NCBI GenBank assembly: GCA_045588915.1
Contig: JAZNFA010000003.1
Coordinates: 45,407-109,406, forward strand
Reading direction: 5' to 3'
Length of the DNA stretch: 64,000 nt
From: Clostridia bacterium
Lineage (GTDB): Bacteria > Bacillota > Clostridia > Christensenellales > UBA1242
This document shows positions 30,105 through 39,901 of the stretch, one piece after another. The notes beneath the pieces are model-generated. The model was not told the DNA's origin, ran no database searches, and saw only the letters and a program-made list of their open reading frames with translations. A program made the position numbers and the translations under genes. Each line of letters begins with the position of its first letter. Positions within the stretch are counted from its first letter, which is position 1.

Positions 30105-30326
30105 TTACAAATTCATCATATTAGCAACAGTCGATTGAATTTCTACTCCCGAAAGTTCACCAACTTCCAATACGTCTAAACCTTCTTGACTAGCTTCAAT
30201 CATTTCTTCACGTAATTTCTTTGCTTGGAAGTCACGTTTTAATGCTCTCTTCAATGAAGTATCCTTATTAAACTCTCTTAGTTTATGTAATTTTTTATAA
30301 TGCTTTGCTCTTTTTTCATTACTCAT
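30105..30326 (-). CDS. small hypothetical protein (73 aa, basic N-terminus and acidic C-terminus)
   Basis: ATGA overlap with the upstream ORF, with an SD inside that ORF. Confidence 0.55.
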   Translation of the reverse strand: MSNEKRAKHYKKLHKLREFNKDTSLKRALKRDFQAKKLREEMIEASQEGLDVLEVGELSGVEIQSTVANMMNL

Positions 30327-30586
30327 TTTATTTTATCTCCTTTTTCTTCTTGACTTATTTCCACAGTAACGGTATTTGTTTTCTTTCTTAAACTCGCTAA
30401 ACGAAAAGCACCACTCATTAAACAACGTAATTTTCCAAAAGTTGAACCACGAACATCTTCTGAAATTTCTCCTGATATAACACCATCGACAATTTGTTCT
30501 AATTCGATTTTGTTATTTAGTGCCTTTTTAGCTTTTGCATAACCTTTGTTACGCATTTTAATCAAAGTAAGGTCGCAATTATACAT
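30323..30586 (-). CDS. small hypothetical protein (87 aa)
   Basis: In-operon ORF. Start uncertain (M1 or M11). Confidence 0.45.
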   Translation of the reverse strand: MYNCDLTLIKMRNKGYAKAKKALNNKIELEQIVDGVISGEISEDVRGSTFGKLRCLMSGAFRLASLRKKTNTVTVEISQEEKGDKIK

Positions 30587-30596
30587 TTTCTTTTAA

Positions 30597-30962
30597 TTAC
30601 TTCCCAATATCGATTTGTGGTTCAAGGTTATTTGTTTTTAACGTGGTTTTCTTGAAATCAGTGTTTAACGAACTAAGTTTATGTTGGTATTGAACTTCTG
30701 GTAGTCGGTTACGTTTTTTCAATGATATCAAAATCTCTTTAATCAATTCTTTCAATTCATTAACGTTACTTAATAATTTTTTCACACCGTAACGTTCTGG
30801 CCGTAAACTATGCACCACATCAGATTTTACTTTTAATAAGAGAGCTTCGTTTTTTGCCACTTCGGCCATACGAAAATCATCCCATAAAATATCACGCACC
30901 ATCTTCTTGATTAAATAATGTAATTCTTCTTCTGCTATTTCTTCACTATAAGTTTGATACAT
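30597..30962 (-). CDS. small hypothetical protein (121 aa, helical)
   Basis: First gene of the operon. SD AAGGAG (30974-30969) lies upstream. Confidence 0.55.
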   Translation of the reverse strand: MYQTYSEEIAEEELHYLIKKMVRDILWDDFRMAEVAKNEALLLKVKSDVVHSLRPERYGVKKLLSNVNELKELIKEILISLKKRNRLPEVQYQHKLSSLNTDFKKTTLKTNNLEPQIDIGK

Positions 30963-30988
30963 AATTTACTCCTTTTGTTTGACTTGTT

Positions 30989-31018
30989 ATCTTATCATAT
31001 TTCAACAAGCAAAGTCAA
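30989..31018 (-). promoter_or_regulatory. promoter of the four-gene small-protein operon
   Basis: Minus strand: TTGACT (31018-31013), 18 nt, TAAGAT (30994-30989). A leader with SD follows. Confidence 0.55.
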
Positions 31019-31023
31019 GGTAC

Positions 31024-31410
31024 TTACTGTTTTTTATGGACGATAAACTCACCATTATAAAATGGTTGCAAAGCAAACGGACTGACAGTTTCACCTGCCT
31101 GGAATTTACGCATCGCTTCGTCGACATCAAGCCGTTCACGCAATTCAATGACAGGAATTTTTTGCGCATAAGCAAAGGCTTTGGCAACAGCTAACCCAAC
31201 ACGAATCCCCGTCCACGAACCTGGCCCAGTTACCACAGCCACAGCATCAAATTTTGGGACATTTAATTCCCGAATTAAACGGTTTATGTTTTTATCGTGC
31301 TGTCTTTGTTCATCGCAAGTCTTGGTTACCGATAATTTACCGTCCACAGCCAAAGCAACAACTAATTGCGTTTGCGTACTATCAATCAATAATAAATTCA
31401 CGATTCCCAT
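31024..31410 (-). CDS. tsaB: tRNA t6A biosynthesis protein TsaB, compact 128-aa form
   Basis: ...AVVTGPGSWTGIRVGLAVAKAFA, the TsaB core motif. Downstream of tsaE. About 100 aa shorter than usual. Confidence 0.75.
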   Translation of the reverse strand: MGIVNLLLIDSTQTQLVVALAVDGKLSVTKTCDEQRQHDKNINRLIRELNVPKFDAVAVVTGPGSWTGIRVGLAVAKAFAYAQKIPVIELRERLDVDEAMRKFQAGETVSPFALQPFYNGEFIVHKKQ

Positions 31411-31783
31411 TCTCCTTTACTTGAATTGTTACTTTAATCGCATTCGGTATTATCATTTCATTTGGCCATTCAATAAAAACATAATTACCAGCTACCATTA
31501 AATCTTCTAAACCAATACTTTGCATTGCGCTTTCCAATGTTTGATTTTCATTTTCCCACAGGCGATATAAATCAGCGTGAAAAATATTGTCGGCATACTG
31601 GTTAATAATTGTATAAGTTGGACTAGCTGGCAAAGCTGTCGGACACAAAATACGCACAATTTCGCCGACCAAAGTTGTTTTTCCTGCCCCCATTGCGCCA
31701 GACAATAAAACAACACCACCGTTATTTTGTTGCAGACGGTGGGCAATTTGTTGCGCTGTTTTGCGTGTCGCATTGAGATTCAT
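31382..31783 (-). CDS. tsaE: tRNA t6A biosynthesis ATPase TsaE
   Basis: LSGAMGAGKTT Walker A. 133 aa. ...HADLYRL. Confidence 0.85.
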   Translation of the reverse strand: MNLNATRKTAQQIAHRLQQNNGGVVLLSGAMGAGKTTLVGEIVRILCPTALPASPTYTIINQYADNIFHADLYRLWENENQTLESAMQSIGLEDLMVAGNYVFIEWPNEMIIPNAIKVTIQVKENGNREFIID

Positions 31784-32177
31784 ATTTTACTATATCATTT
31801 TTTTGTGGTGGCGCAAAGCGACTAATCGCCGCCAATGTAAAGACCAAACAAGCAATTACAATATAATAAACTTGAAACTTTACCACATAACTACTTAATA
31901 ACAAGATAAAACCTACGAAAACTAAACCTTTAGTGCGTTCACGGGCAAAAACTCGACGCCACAAATCTCGCAAGACGCTACGCCAATGACGACGTGGTTT
32001 TTTGGGTGCTTTTTTCCACGCTTGCCAAAATTTACGCCCTGCCGTTAACTCATAAATAATATTGATTGCCGCAGTTAAAAACAGCGACCACCACCAACTG
32101 CGTAACAACAAAAACAGCACGACGAAGATAAAAAAACCACGTACAAAAATATTACTTATATATGCAAAACAATTCAT
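31722..32177 (-). CDS. hypothetical membrane protein (151 aa)
   Basis: Hydrophobic helices separated by a basic loop. The 3' end overlaps tsaE by 62 nt. Confidence 0.45.
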   Translation of the reverse strand: MNCFAYISNIFVRGFFIFVVLFLLLRSWWWSLFLTAAINIIYELTAGRKFWQAWKKAPKKPRRHWRSVLRDLWRRVFARERTKGLVFVGFILLLSSYVVKFQVYYIVIACLVFTLAAISRFAPPQKNDIVKYESQCDTQNSATNCPPSATK

Positions 32178-32276
32178 TAAAATTTATTATTGACAATGCG
32201 TGCTGTAGATTGCATAATAACTCAATTTTTAATGCTTTACAGCAGAAAATAATAATAAAAGGTAGGGTTTTATGCA

Positions 32277-33707
32277 GTGGCAAAATTCACAGGAGAAAAA
32301 ATCATTGAACTAAAAAACGTCGTAAAAATCTACGACAAAGAAACGGCCGTAGATGACGTTTCCTTATCCATCAAAAAAGGAGATTTCGTAACCATTTTAG
32401 GTCCATCGGGTTGTGGTAAAACTACAATCTTACGTATGATTGCCGGTTTCGAACAACCAACGGCAGGTGCGATTTATTTGGAAGGCGTTGATGTTACATC
32501 AATTCCCCCCTATAAACGTAACATTAACACCGTCTTTCAAAAATATGCGTTGTTTCCACACTTAAACGTGTTTAATAACATCGCTTATGGTTTGAAATTG
32601 AAAACCGTTCCAGACGCAAATACAAAAAAAGGTCATCGTTTGCTTAGTCAGGAAGAAATCAACGACAAAGTTAACCGTGCATTACGTATGGTTGACCTTG
32701 AAGCGTATGGTCACCGTGATATTGACAGCCTTTCCGGTGGTCAACAACAACGTATTGCAATTGCACGTGCGATTGTTAATGAACCAAAAGTTTTACTTTT
32801 GGACGAACCATTGTCAGCACTTGATTTGAAAATGCGTAAAGAAATGCAAATTGAATTACGTCGTTTACATAAAGAATTAGGGATTACCTTTATCTATGTT
32901 ACCCACGACCAAGAAGAAGCAATGACAATGAGTGATACTATCGTAGTAATGCGTGATGGTCAAATTCAGCAAGTTGGTACACCAAAGAAAATTTATGATG
33001 AACCACAAAACGCTTACACAGCAGACTTTATCGGCGAAAGTAATATTATTTCTGGTAAAATGGTCAAAGACAACTTGGTTGAATTCTTTGGTCATCAATT
33101 CCCTTGTACTGATAAAGGATTCAAACAAAACGAACCAGTTGATATTGTCGTACGTCCTGAAGATATAAAAATCAACCCACGTGAACCTCAATTTGAAGGT
33201 ACTGTGATGAGTGTGGTTTTCAAAGGTACGTTCTATGATATTACCGTAGTTTTAGACAACTACGAATTATCGGTAAAAAACACCAAATCATATACCGTTG
33301 GTGACAAAATTACAATGAGTATTGCACCAGACGGCATTCACGTTATGCCAAAAGAAGCAATTACCAACGAATACAAAACCGAAATTGTGGGCGAAAACAC
33401 CATTACTATCGGTGAAACAGAATTCGAATTTATACCAGCCGCAGGTGAAACATTCGCCAAAGGCGACAAAGTTATCGCAACAATTAACTTTGACAAAATT
33501 GAATTAACCGACAACGAAGAAGAAGGACAAATCAGTGGTAACATTACTGATATGATTTATAAGGGCAAATATTACCAAGTTAAAATTTGGTTAGATAATG
33601 ATACGGCGTTAATCGTGGATACACCGTATGACTGGAACACCGACGACCGTGTTGGACTTGTTATCAAAAAAGAAGATATTAAGGTGCGCCACGATGAAAA
33701 AGATTAA
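32277..33707 (+). CDS. potA: spermidine/putrescine-type ABC transporter ATPase with a long C-terminal extension
   Basis: GPSGCGKTT, LSGGQQQRIAIARA, LLLDEP. GTG start. Promoter TTGACA-17-CATAAT lies ~55 nt upstream. Confidence 0.85.
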   Translation: MAKFTGEKIIELKNVVKIYDKETAVDDVSLSIKKGDFVTILGPSGCGKTTILRMIAGFEQPTAGAIYLEGVDVTSIPPYKRNINTVFQKYALFPHLNVFNNIAYGLKLKTVPDANTKKGHRLLSQEEINDKVNRALRMVDLEAYGHRDIDSLSGGQQQRIAIARAIVNEPKVLLLDEPLSALDLKMRKEMQIELRRLHKELGITFIYVTHDQEEAMTMSDTIVVMRDGQIQQVGTPKKIYDEPQNAYTADFIGESNIISGKMVKDNLVEFFGHQFPCTDKGFKQNEPVDIVVRPEDIKINPREPQFEGTVMSVVFKGTFYDITVVLDNYELSVKNTKSYTVGDKITMSIAPDGIHVMPKEAITNEYKTEIVGENTITIGETEFEFIPAAGETFAKGDKVIATINFDKIELTDNEEEGQISGNITDMIYKGKYYQVKIWLDNDTALIVDTPYDWNTDDRVGLVIKKEDIKVRHDEKD

Positions 33708-34524
33708 CTTTAATTCACGCAGCTTATTTGCCCTTCCTTATTTAATCTATATGTTCATTTTTGTTGTTGTTCCCTTGTTTATGTTACTTGGGTACGCATT
33801 CTTTGGCGACGGTAGTTTCTCTTTCGCAGAAGTTTCAGCTTTCTTCACTGATAGCAGCCAATGGGCAACTATCGGTCGCAGTCTTCGCATTGCTTTAACA
33901 GCTGCTTTAACTTGTATTTTAATCGGTTACCCACTTGCTTATGCAATTTCTAAAATTCGCTCAAAAACAGCTCAATATATGGTCTTAATGGCTTTGGTTG
34001 CTCCAATGTGGATTAACGGCTTATTACGTACCATTGCTTTAAAAGATTTGGTAACCTTGATTGATACTTTCTTTATGGAAAAACTTGGTTTTTCATTAGG
34101 CTTTGAAACTGGCGAAACCTTATTAACTTTAGGTTTAATCATCGACTATTTACCATTTATGTTAATGCCAATCTATTTGGTAATTACCGGTATTCCTAAA
34201 TCCTATTTGGAAGTTAGTGCCGACTTAGGCGCTTCACCATTCATCACTTTTACTAAGGTTGTTCTTCCTTTATCAATGTCAGGTATTATCAGTGGTTTCT
34301 TAATGGTTTTCACCCCTGCTGTTTCCACCTATTATATGAGTGAATACTTGGGTAACCAAAGCACCTTTATGATTGGTGAACAATTAAACATTATGTTTAC
34401 GAAAGACAATAAATCTGGTGCAGCCGTCATTGCTTTGGTACTTTTGGCTTTGGTTGGCTTGTCCGTGTTTATTGCAAACTGCCTTTCACGTATTGGCAAC
34501 AACAAAAAAGGAGGTATTGCCTAA
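33694..34524 (+). CDS. potB: ABC transporter permease (PotB-like)
   Basis: Six-TM binding-protein-dependent transport permease. Start re-picked to MKKINFNS. Confidence 0.8.
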   Translation: MKKINFNSRSLFALPYLIYMFIFVVVPLFMLLGYAFFGDGSFSFAEVSAFFTDSSQWATIGRSLRIALTAALTCILIGYPLAYAISKIRSKTAQYMVLMALVAPMWINGLLRTIALKDLVTLIDTFFMEKLGFSLGFETGETLLTLGLIIDYLPFMLMPIYLVITGIPKSYLEVSADLGASPFITFTKVVLPLSMSGIISGFLMVFTPAVSTYYMSEYLGNQSTFMIGEQLNIMFTKDNKSGAAVIALVLLALVGLSVFIANCLSRIGNNKKGGIA

Positions 34525-36795
34525 ATGGGAATGACTTTAATTTTAATCGTTATGGCAATTGTTTATTTGCCGATTCTCTTACTTATTTTCCTATCTTTCA
34601 GCGACGGTCTTGGATTTTACGTTCAGTTATTTACTACCACAGAATATATGACAGCTGTTGGTAACACACTGCTCATTGCTTTTGTTGCGTCTTTAATTGC
34701 AACAATTATTGCGACAATGGCAGCCACCGGTATCTTGTATTTAGGCAAACGTACCCGTGCCATTACAATGGCTGTCAACCAATTACCGGTCATTAACGCC
34801 GACATTGTTACATCTTTCGGTTTGGTTTTGTTATTCGTTGGTTTAGGAATGACCAACTTTGGTTTACTGAAATTATTGTTAGCTCACATCTTAATTGCTT
34901 TACCATTCTGCTTGTTGACTATTTTACCAAAAATGCGTCAGCTAGATGCTAACTTAATTGACGCTGCGTTAGACTTAGGTGCTTCACCTTTCAAGGCATT
35001 TACCAGCGTGATTATTCCACAATTAGTACCAGCAATGATTCAATCATTCTTACTGGGTTTCACTTTGTCATTAGATGATTTTGTTATTACACAATACAAC
35101 AACAGTGGCGTTTCGACTATTTCGACCGTAGTTTACGGTGCAATCGCTCGTCGTGATATTCCCGACGCTTTCAAAGCCTTAACCACGATTATCTTTGTTG
35201 TAATTCTCTTAGTCTTAGTTGTGATGAACTTGAATGCAGCACGTGTCCGTAAAGGAATTAAACTTAACAAAAAAGTTATTGCAGGAATTTTAGCAGGTGT
35301 TATGTTGCTCACTGGTCTTGGTGTAATCCCAGTTATTATTACAAACCTCACTCCACGTTCATTAGTTTTAAAAGTTTACAACTGGGAAGAATACATTGAA
35401 ACCGAATTATTGGACGAATTTACCGATTACTACCGTGAAAAATTAGCAGAAGACGGTGTCAAAAACGCAGACAAATTCCATGTCCAATACCATACTTTTA
35501 CCGACAACGAAGAACTTTACAGTAAAATCAATACTCAACACGCCGATTATGACTTAATTTTTCCATCCGAATATATGGTCGAAAAAATGGCACAAGACGG
35601 CTTATTGCAACCAATTAAAGAAAGCCGTATCACCGAACCAATGAATGAAACAATCTTGGCTCGTACCTCAGCTTTTACCACCGTTTACGATGAAAACAAC
35701 AACCCAATTGACAACCAAGTTTGGGCAATTCCTTATATGATTGGTACGGTCGGAATTATGTACGACACCATGGTCATCGACGCAATGGAAGAAGAAACTG
35801 GCTTTAGTTTATCTGACTTTGAAGATATCTTGAAAGAATATGGTTTCGGTATCTTGTTTGGTGAAGGTGGTACTACTGCTTATAAAGGTCGTATTACTAT
35901 GAAAAAATCAGCACGCGACTCGATCGGTATTGCGATGATTTACAGCGAACAACGTAAAAGTGACGAACACACCGTAGCCCAAGCAAACTACTTGGTTGGT
36001 CAAGGTGAGAACGAAAACTACGACAACACGATGTTGGAACAAATCTTAAATATGGACGGCGAATATTTGATTGACGCAGCACGTGAAGTTTTAATGGAAC
36101 AAATTCACACGATGAACCCATTTTACGAAAACGACAACGGCAAAAAATCTTTTATCAATCCAGAAAATGATGACTTCGCCTACGGCTTATATTGGAGCTG
36201 TGACGCTGGTACAGCAATGTGGGAACTTGACGAAGCCGGACACGATAATTATTTACGTTTCTATGCTCCCCAAGGTACTAACTTATGGACAGATAACTTT
36301 GCAATTCCAACTTACGCACAAAATACCGACGCAGCTTATGAATTTATCAACTTTATGTTAAACCATGAAAATGCCGCACGTAACATTGATTACGTCGGTA
36401 GTGAAATGGTGGCTGTTGGTGACGCTATTGATTTCTTAAAATATGACGAAGAAGAAGGTTACGGTGTACCAGTGCCTGGTGAAGAAGAATATGATATTTT
36501 TGACGCCGACACAAACTGGGCTTGCACCATTTTCCCAACTCAAGACAACATCAACTATTCGGCAATTATGCACAACTTCGACAAACAAAAAGAAAAAGCA
36601 GTCAACAGTTTAATGGTCGACGTCCAAAACAAAGCTGCCCAACTCACAGAAGACGAAGGTAAGAGCATTAACTGGTTCTTGGTTATCATTCTTATCTTAA
36701 CGGTAGCAGCGTTTGCTTGGTGGCTTATCTACAAACTCACCCACCGACGCCCACGTTTCAAACCGACACCACTGCTCCCAATAAAAACCGAATAA
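34525..36795 (+). CDS. fused ABC permease (PotC-like) and polyamine-binding protein (PotD-like) with an extra C-terminal TM helix
   Basis: Residues 1-260 are a permease (ASPFKAFTSVIIPQL). From ~285 the sequence is PotD-like (LKVYNWEEYI...YDLIFPSEYMVEKM). The last ~40 aa contain the helix INWFLVIILILTVAAFAWWLIY. Confidence 0.8.
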   Translation: MGMTLILIVMAIVYLPILLLIFLSFSDGLGFYVQLFTTTEYMTAVGNTLLIAFVASLIATIIATMAATGILYLGKRTRAITMAVNQLPVINADIVTSFGLVLLFVGLGMTNFGLLKLLLAHILIALPFCLLTILPKMRQLDANLIDAALDLGASPFKAFTSVIIPQLVPAMIQSFLLGFTLSLDDFVITQYNNSGVSTISTVVYGAIARRDIPDAFKALTTIIFVVILLVLVVMNLNAARVRKGIKLNKKVIAGILAGVMLLTGLGVIPVIITNLTPRSLVLKVYNWEEYIETELLDEFTDYYREKLAEDGVKNADKFHVQYHTFTDNEELYSKINTQHADYDLIFPSEYMVEKMAQDGLLQPIKESRITEPMNETILARTSAFTTVYDENNNPIDNQVWAIPYMIGTVGIMYDTMVIDAMEEETGFSLSDFEDILKEYGFGILFGEGGTTAYKGRITMKKSARDSIGIAMIYSEQRKSDEHTVAQANYLVGQGENENYDNTMLEQILNMDGEYLIDAAREVLMEQIHTMNPFYENDNGKKSFINPENDDFAYGLYWSCDAGTAMWELDEAGHDNYLRFYAPQGTNLWTDNFAIPTYAQNTDAAYEFINFMLNHENAARNIDYVGSEMVAVGDAIDFLKYDEEEGYGVPVPGEEEYDIFDADTNWACTIFPTQDNINYSAIMHNFDKQKEKAVNSLMVDVQNKAAQLTEDEGKSINWFLVIILILTVAAFAWWLIYKLTHRRPRFKPTPLLPIKTE

Positions 36796-36796
36796 C

Positions 36797-36826
36797 AAAA
36801 GACGCACCAATCCGGTGCGTTTTTTT
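36797..36826. terminator. bidirectional intrinsic terminator (pot operon / paralog P1)
   Basis: ACGCACC-aatcc-GGTGCGT followed by a T run. It overlaps the P1 stop codon. Confidence 0.75.
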
Positions 36827-37778
36827 AAAGTGAATTTTTAATATCTAAATCCAATAACTGTGAATTATTTTTAAACTTCTTGCATATTTGTTGTGCTTCA
36901 ACCAATAAGCATTCATATTCAAAACCCAAACATTCTACTTCATTTTGCAAGTTTTTCATTTCCGTTTTGGTTAAATTTTTTTTGTTATCATTATTACCCA
37001 AACGATTGATGATATCACGATGTTGATTTTGGTATTCACTGTAATATAAAGTTGACCAACGTGCATATAAGATATTCGCAAGATTTACTAACTTCTTCCA
37101 TTGTCTCGGCATTTTTTTGGCAAAAACACCGTCAGCACTTAACAATTGATTGACACCAGACAAATGGAAAGTATTCGCAAAAGTTTGTGCCATAACCTTG
37201 TCTTGCCATACGCCCTTACACATTTCCACACCAACTTCGGCATGGTAAGAGTCAACGCCCAAATATTTCATCGCCCCAATAATCCGATTCCGAAATAACT
37301 CACTATATTCTGGGTCACAACACTCAATTGTTTTTTCAATACTTTTCATATAAAAATCATCAACATCGGCATTTAACGTAATGCTTGCATAAGCACTTGC
37401 TAGATTATATTCATATTGACAACGTAACGCATCAAACTTTTCCGAACTTTCAATATAACTTTCAAAATAACAAAGTGGCAAACGTTTCACAGCTAATTGA
37501 TTTTTGATTGGAATCCGTGGATTATTCACATAGTAAGCATCGCAGATTTGTTCAAAATAACGAGCCAGCCAAGCCGCATCACGTGTGCGATATGGTAAAA
37601 AAGCTTTATTATAATAACTAACAAGGATTTTATTTTTTGGTGTTAAACCTTTTAAATTATTTAAAATATATTCTTGTTTGGGAAAAACAGCAGGCAAACA
37701 CGCATCTAAAAGTTCACTTACTTTCAGGTGTCCACTTTGAAAATTTCTCGCCTTAATTTGAGTTAATTTATTCATCAT
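36825..37778 (-). CDS. paralog P1 of an unrecognised family (317 aa)
   Basis: Shares the motif blocks LPYRTRDAAWL, KFDALRCQYEYNLASAY, DDFY, MKYLGVD and TFANTF with the four upstream ORFs. Confidence 0.7.
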   Translation of the reverse strand: MMNKLTQIKARNFQSGHLKVSELLDACLPAVFPKQEYILNNLKGLTPKNKILVSYYNKAFLPYRTRDAAWLARYFEQICDAYYVNNPRIPIKNQLAVKRLPLCYFESYIESSEKFDALRCQYEYNLASAYASITLNADVDDFYMKSIEKTIECCDPEYSELFRNRIIGAMKYLGVDSYHAEVGVEMCKGVWQDKVMAQTFANTFHLSGVNQLLSADGVFAKKMPRQWKKLVNLANILYARWSTLYYSEYQNQHRDIINRLGNNDNKKNLTKTEMKNLQNEVECLGFEYECLLVEAQQICKKFKNNSQLLDLDIKNSL

Positions 37779-37788
37779 AATGAATACC

Positions 37789-38709
37789 TTAAATATTTTT
37801 CCCTTGTGTGTCGCTAATTTGGCGATGGTTCACTTCACGTGCAACTTCATTCACAATTTTGTTATATTCTGTATGCGCTTGACGCACTTCGGCACTTAAT
37901 TTGTACGCTTGTGCCGAACTGATTTTCATATTCGCAGTCGCAGTTCCCACACGGTCTATCGTATCTTTGTGTTGATCATAATGTTTTTTTTCACGTTCCA
38001 ACATCCAAAGCTGGAAAAATTTTAATTCTTTACTTGCAAAACTTTCCCATAATACTGGGTTATCAATACTCAAATTTAAACGCTGTTCTCTGTTAATTTT
38101 GCCAATATTGTTTTGCTCAATACGATTATAGAATGTTTGATGCATTGTTTTATGATGCCATAAATCCAAGTTACGTTCGATATGCTCTTCAGTTGCACCA
38201 TAACTTAACCCAAGGACCATCATAACCTTAGCAACCTTTTCCGGGAAAACTTGATCAAGGTTACGATTTTTCATAAAATTTACTTTTTCTTTTTTGCTTA
38301 AGAAAAAGTCGTCAGAATTTTCGTCCAATAATTTTTTGATGTATGCTCTTACTAAATTATTTTCATATTCTTTACGCAAAGCATTAAACTTCGCTGAAGT
38401 TTTGATATAATGTTTAACACTATCAAAAGAGATTTTTATATCTTTCAAATCACATTTAAATTTTGTCATCGCCATAACATATTCAGCCAACCAGTCATCG
38501 TCATTGATATGAAAAGGCAAAAAGTTAACATTATAGATAAATGTATATTTTTTATCTGCCATATTCAAATTATCTAAAGTTTGCGTAATAAAAGCTTCCG
38601 ATGGAAATAAACCTTGTAAAGATTTATCCAAAGTCATAAATAATTGTTGTTCGTATATTTTTAAATGTAATTTATCAAAACCGTTTAATATCTTCTGCTT
38701 TAATTTCAT
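37789..38709 (-). CDS. paralog P2 of an unrecognised family (306 aa)
   Basis: LPFHINDDDWL, KFNALRKEYENNLVRAY, DDFF, TFYN, NMK. Has its own promoter. Confidence 0.7.
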   Translation of the reverse strand: MKLKQKILNGFDKLHLKIYEQQLFMTLDKSLQGLFPSEAFITQTLDNLNMADKKYTFIYNVNFLPFHINDDDWLAEYVMAMTKFKCDLKDIKISFDSVKHYIKTSAKFNALRKEYENNLVRAYIKKLLDENSDDFFLSKKEKVNFMKNRNLDQVFPEKVAKVMMVLGLSYGATEEHIERNLDLWHHKTMHQTFYNRIEQNNIGKINREQRLNLSIDNPVLWESFASKELKFFQLWMLEREKKHYDQHKDTIDRVGTATANMKISSAQAYKLSAEVRQAHTEYNKIVNEVAREVNHRQISDTQGKNI

Positions 38710-38714
38710 CCTGC

Positions 38715-38744
38715 ATTATAGCGAAGTTCCCCACTTAATGTCAA
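38715..38744 (-). promoter_or_regulatory. P2 promoter, leaderless geometry
   Basis: Minus strand: TTGACA (38744-38739), 18 nt, TATAAT (38720-38715), 5 nt, ATG (38709). Confidence 0.65.
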
Positions 38745-38767
38745 GACGACAATACGTGTTTTTCCAT

Positions 38768-38806
38768 AAAAAAAACTTGTTTTCGGAAAATCCTACTCAC
38801 AAGTCT
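38768..38806 (-). terminator. intrinsic terminator after P3
   Basis: Minus strand: GACTTGT-18 nt loop-ACAAGT followed by T8. Confidence 0.55.
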
Positions 38807-38822
38807 TTTGCAATTGATTTTG

Positions 38823-39818
38823 TTATAAATTAATCGTTGGTTCGATTGGCTTTGGTTCTCTAATTTGTTTCAAGATTGGGAATCGATTATCACATTCACG
38901 TAAACTTGCCTTGTAAACATCAATCATTTTTACATTATTTTGACGTAAGATTTCAGCTTTCTTTGGACTCATTTTCATATTTGCATTAACTTTATTTAAA
39001 CGACGGAAAACTTCGCCGTATTCTTGATATTCACTATAATCACGATAAGCATTCCAATCTTCATAAAGTTTAGTTTCCATTTTTTGCATTGCCTTCAATA
39101 CATTTGGTTGATTGTCTCTTAACCAAGCGTGGTCGTTTTTGTACAAAACACGATCCGGATTAACATTGTTCATAAAAGCAATTCTTCTTGCTTCTGGTTG
39201 CCAAATATCACTGTTTAAAACAATACTATCTTGAATAATCTTATCGTCGATACCCAAAAATTCCCCCATCTTGACCGAACGATTACGAATAATCCAATCA
39301 TAACTAATACTATTTTTTACACTTGCTTTTGCGCTAGCACTGGTGAAAAAGTCACCCACATTATCATCTGCCCCTAATTTGATACAACCTTTCATTAAGC
39401 TGTATTGATATGCTTCACGATTTTTATTGAATAAAGTTGAAGTTGCAACATATTTTTCAAAAATCTCAGCTTTAATTTCTGGTAATTCACTGTCAGCAAC
39501 GTTTTTCTTTTTATTTTCTAAAAGACTGTTTCTTGTTTTTAATTTACGGCAAATACTGTAAACATTTTCAATAAACTTAGCCAACCATTTTTCGTCATTG
39601 ATATGGAAAGGTAACAATCCCATTTCGTAATTATTTTGAGCATTTTTATTTTCACGAGTAATTGTTTTTAAATTAACTTCAAGAAATTTTTCGCTAGGAA
39701 AAAAATATTTATTGCATTCATCCAAGATTGCAAAAGCTTCTTTCATTTCTTGCTTATCTAATTCTTCCATAGTATTTTGAAAATTTTTTTCCAAAGCTAA
39801 ATGTTTTAATTTTTCCAT
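38823..39818 (-). CDS. paralog P3 of an unrecognised family (331 aa)
   Basis: LPFHINDEKWL, YVATSTLFNKNREAYQYSL, GDFF, FLGID, NMK. Confidence 0.7.
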   Translation of the reverse strand: MEKLKHLALEKNFQNTMEELDKQEMKEAFAILDECNKYFFPSEKFLEVNLKTITRENKNAQNNYEMGLLPFHINDEKWLAKFIENVYSICRKLKTRNSLLENKKKNVADSELPEIKAEIFEKYVATSTLFNKNREAYQYSLMKGCIKLGADDNVGDFFTSASAKASVKNSISYDWIIRNRSVKMGEFLGIDDKIIQDSIVLNSDIWQPEARRIAFMNNVNPDRVLYKNDHAWLRDNQPNVLKAMQKMETKLYEDWNAYRDYSEYQEYGEVFRRLNKVNANMKMSPKKAEILRQNNVKMIDVYKASLRECDNRFPILKQIREPKPIEPTINL

Positions 39819-39823
39819 ACTAT

Positions 39824-39853
39824 ATTTTAACTTACTCTACTTTTAGCTGTCAA
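39824..39853 (-). promoter_or_regulatory. P3 promoter, leaderless geometry
   Basis: Minus strand: TTGACA (39853-39848), 18 nt, TAAAAT (39829-39824), 5 nt, ATG (39818). Confidence 0.65.
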
Positions 39854-39901
39854 TAACTGTACAAAAATATTTAAACTTTTTTTATCAGTTTTTTTATTTG
39901 A

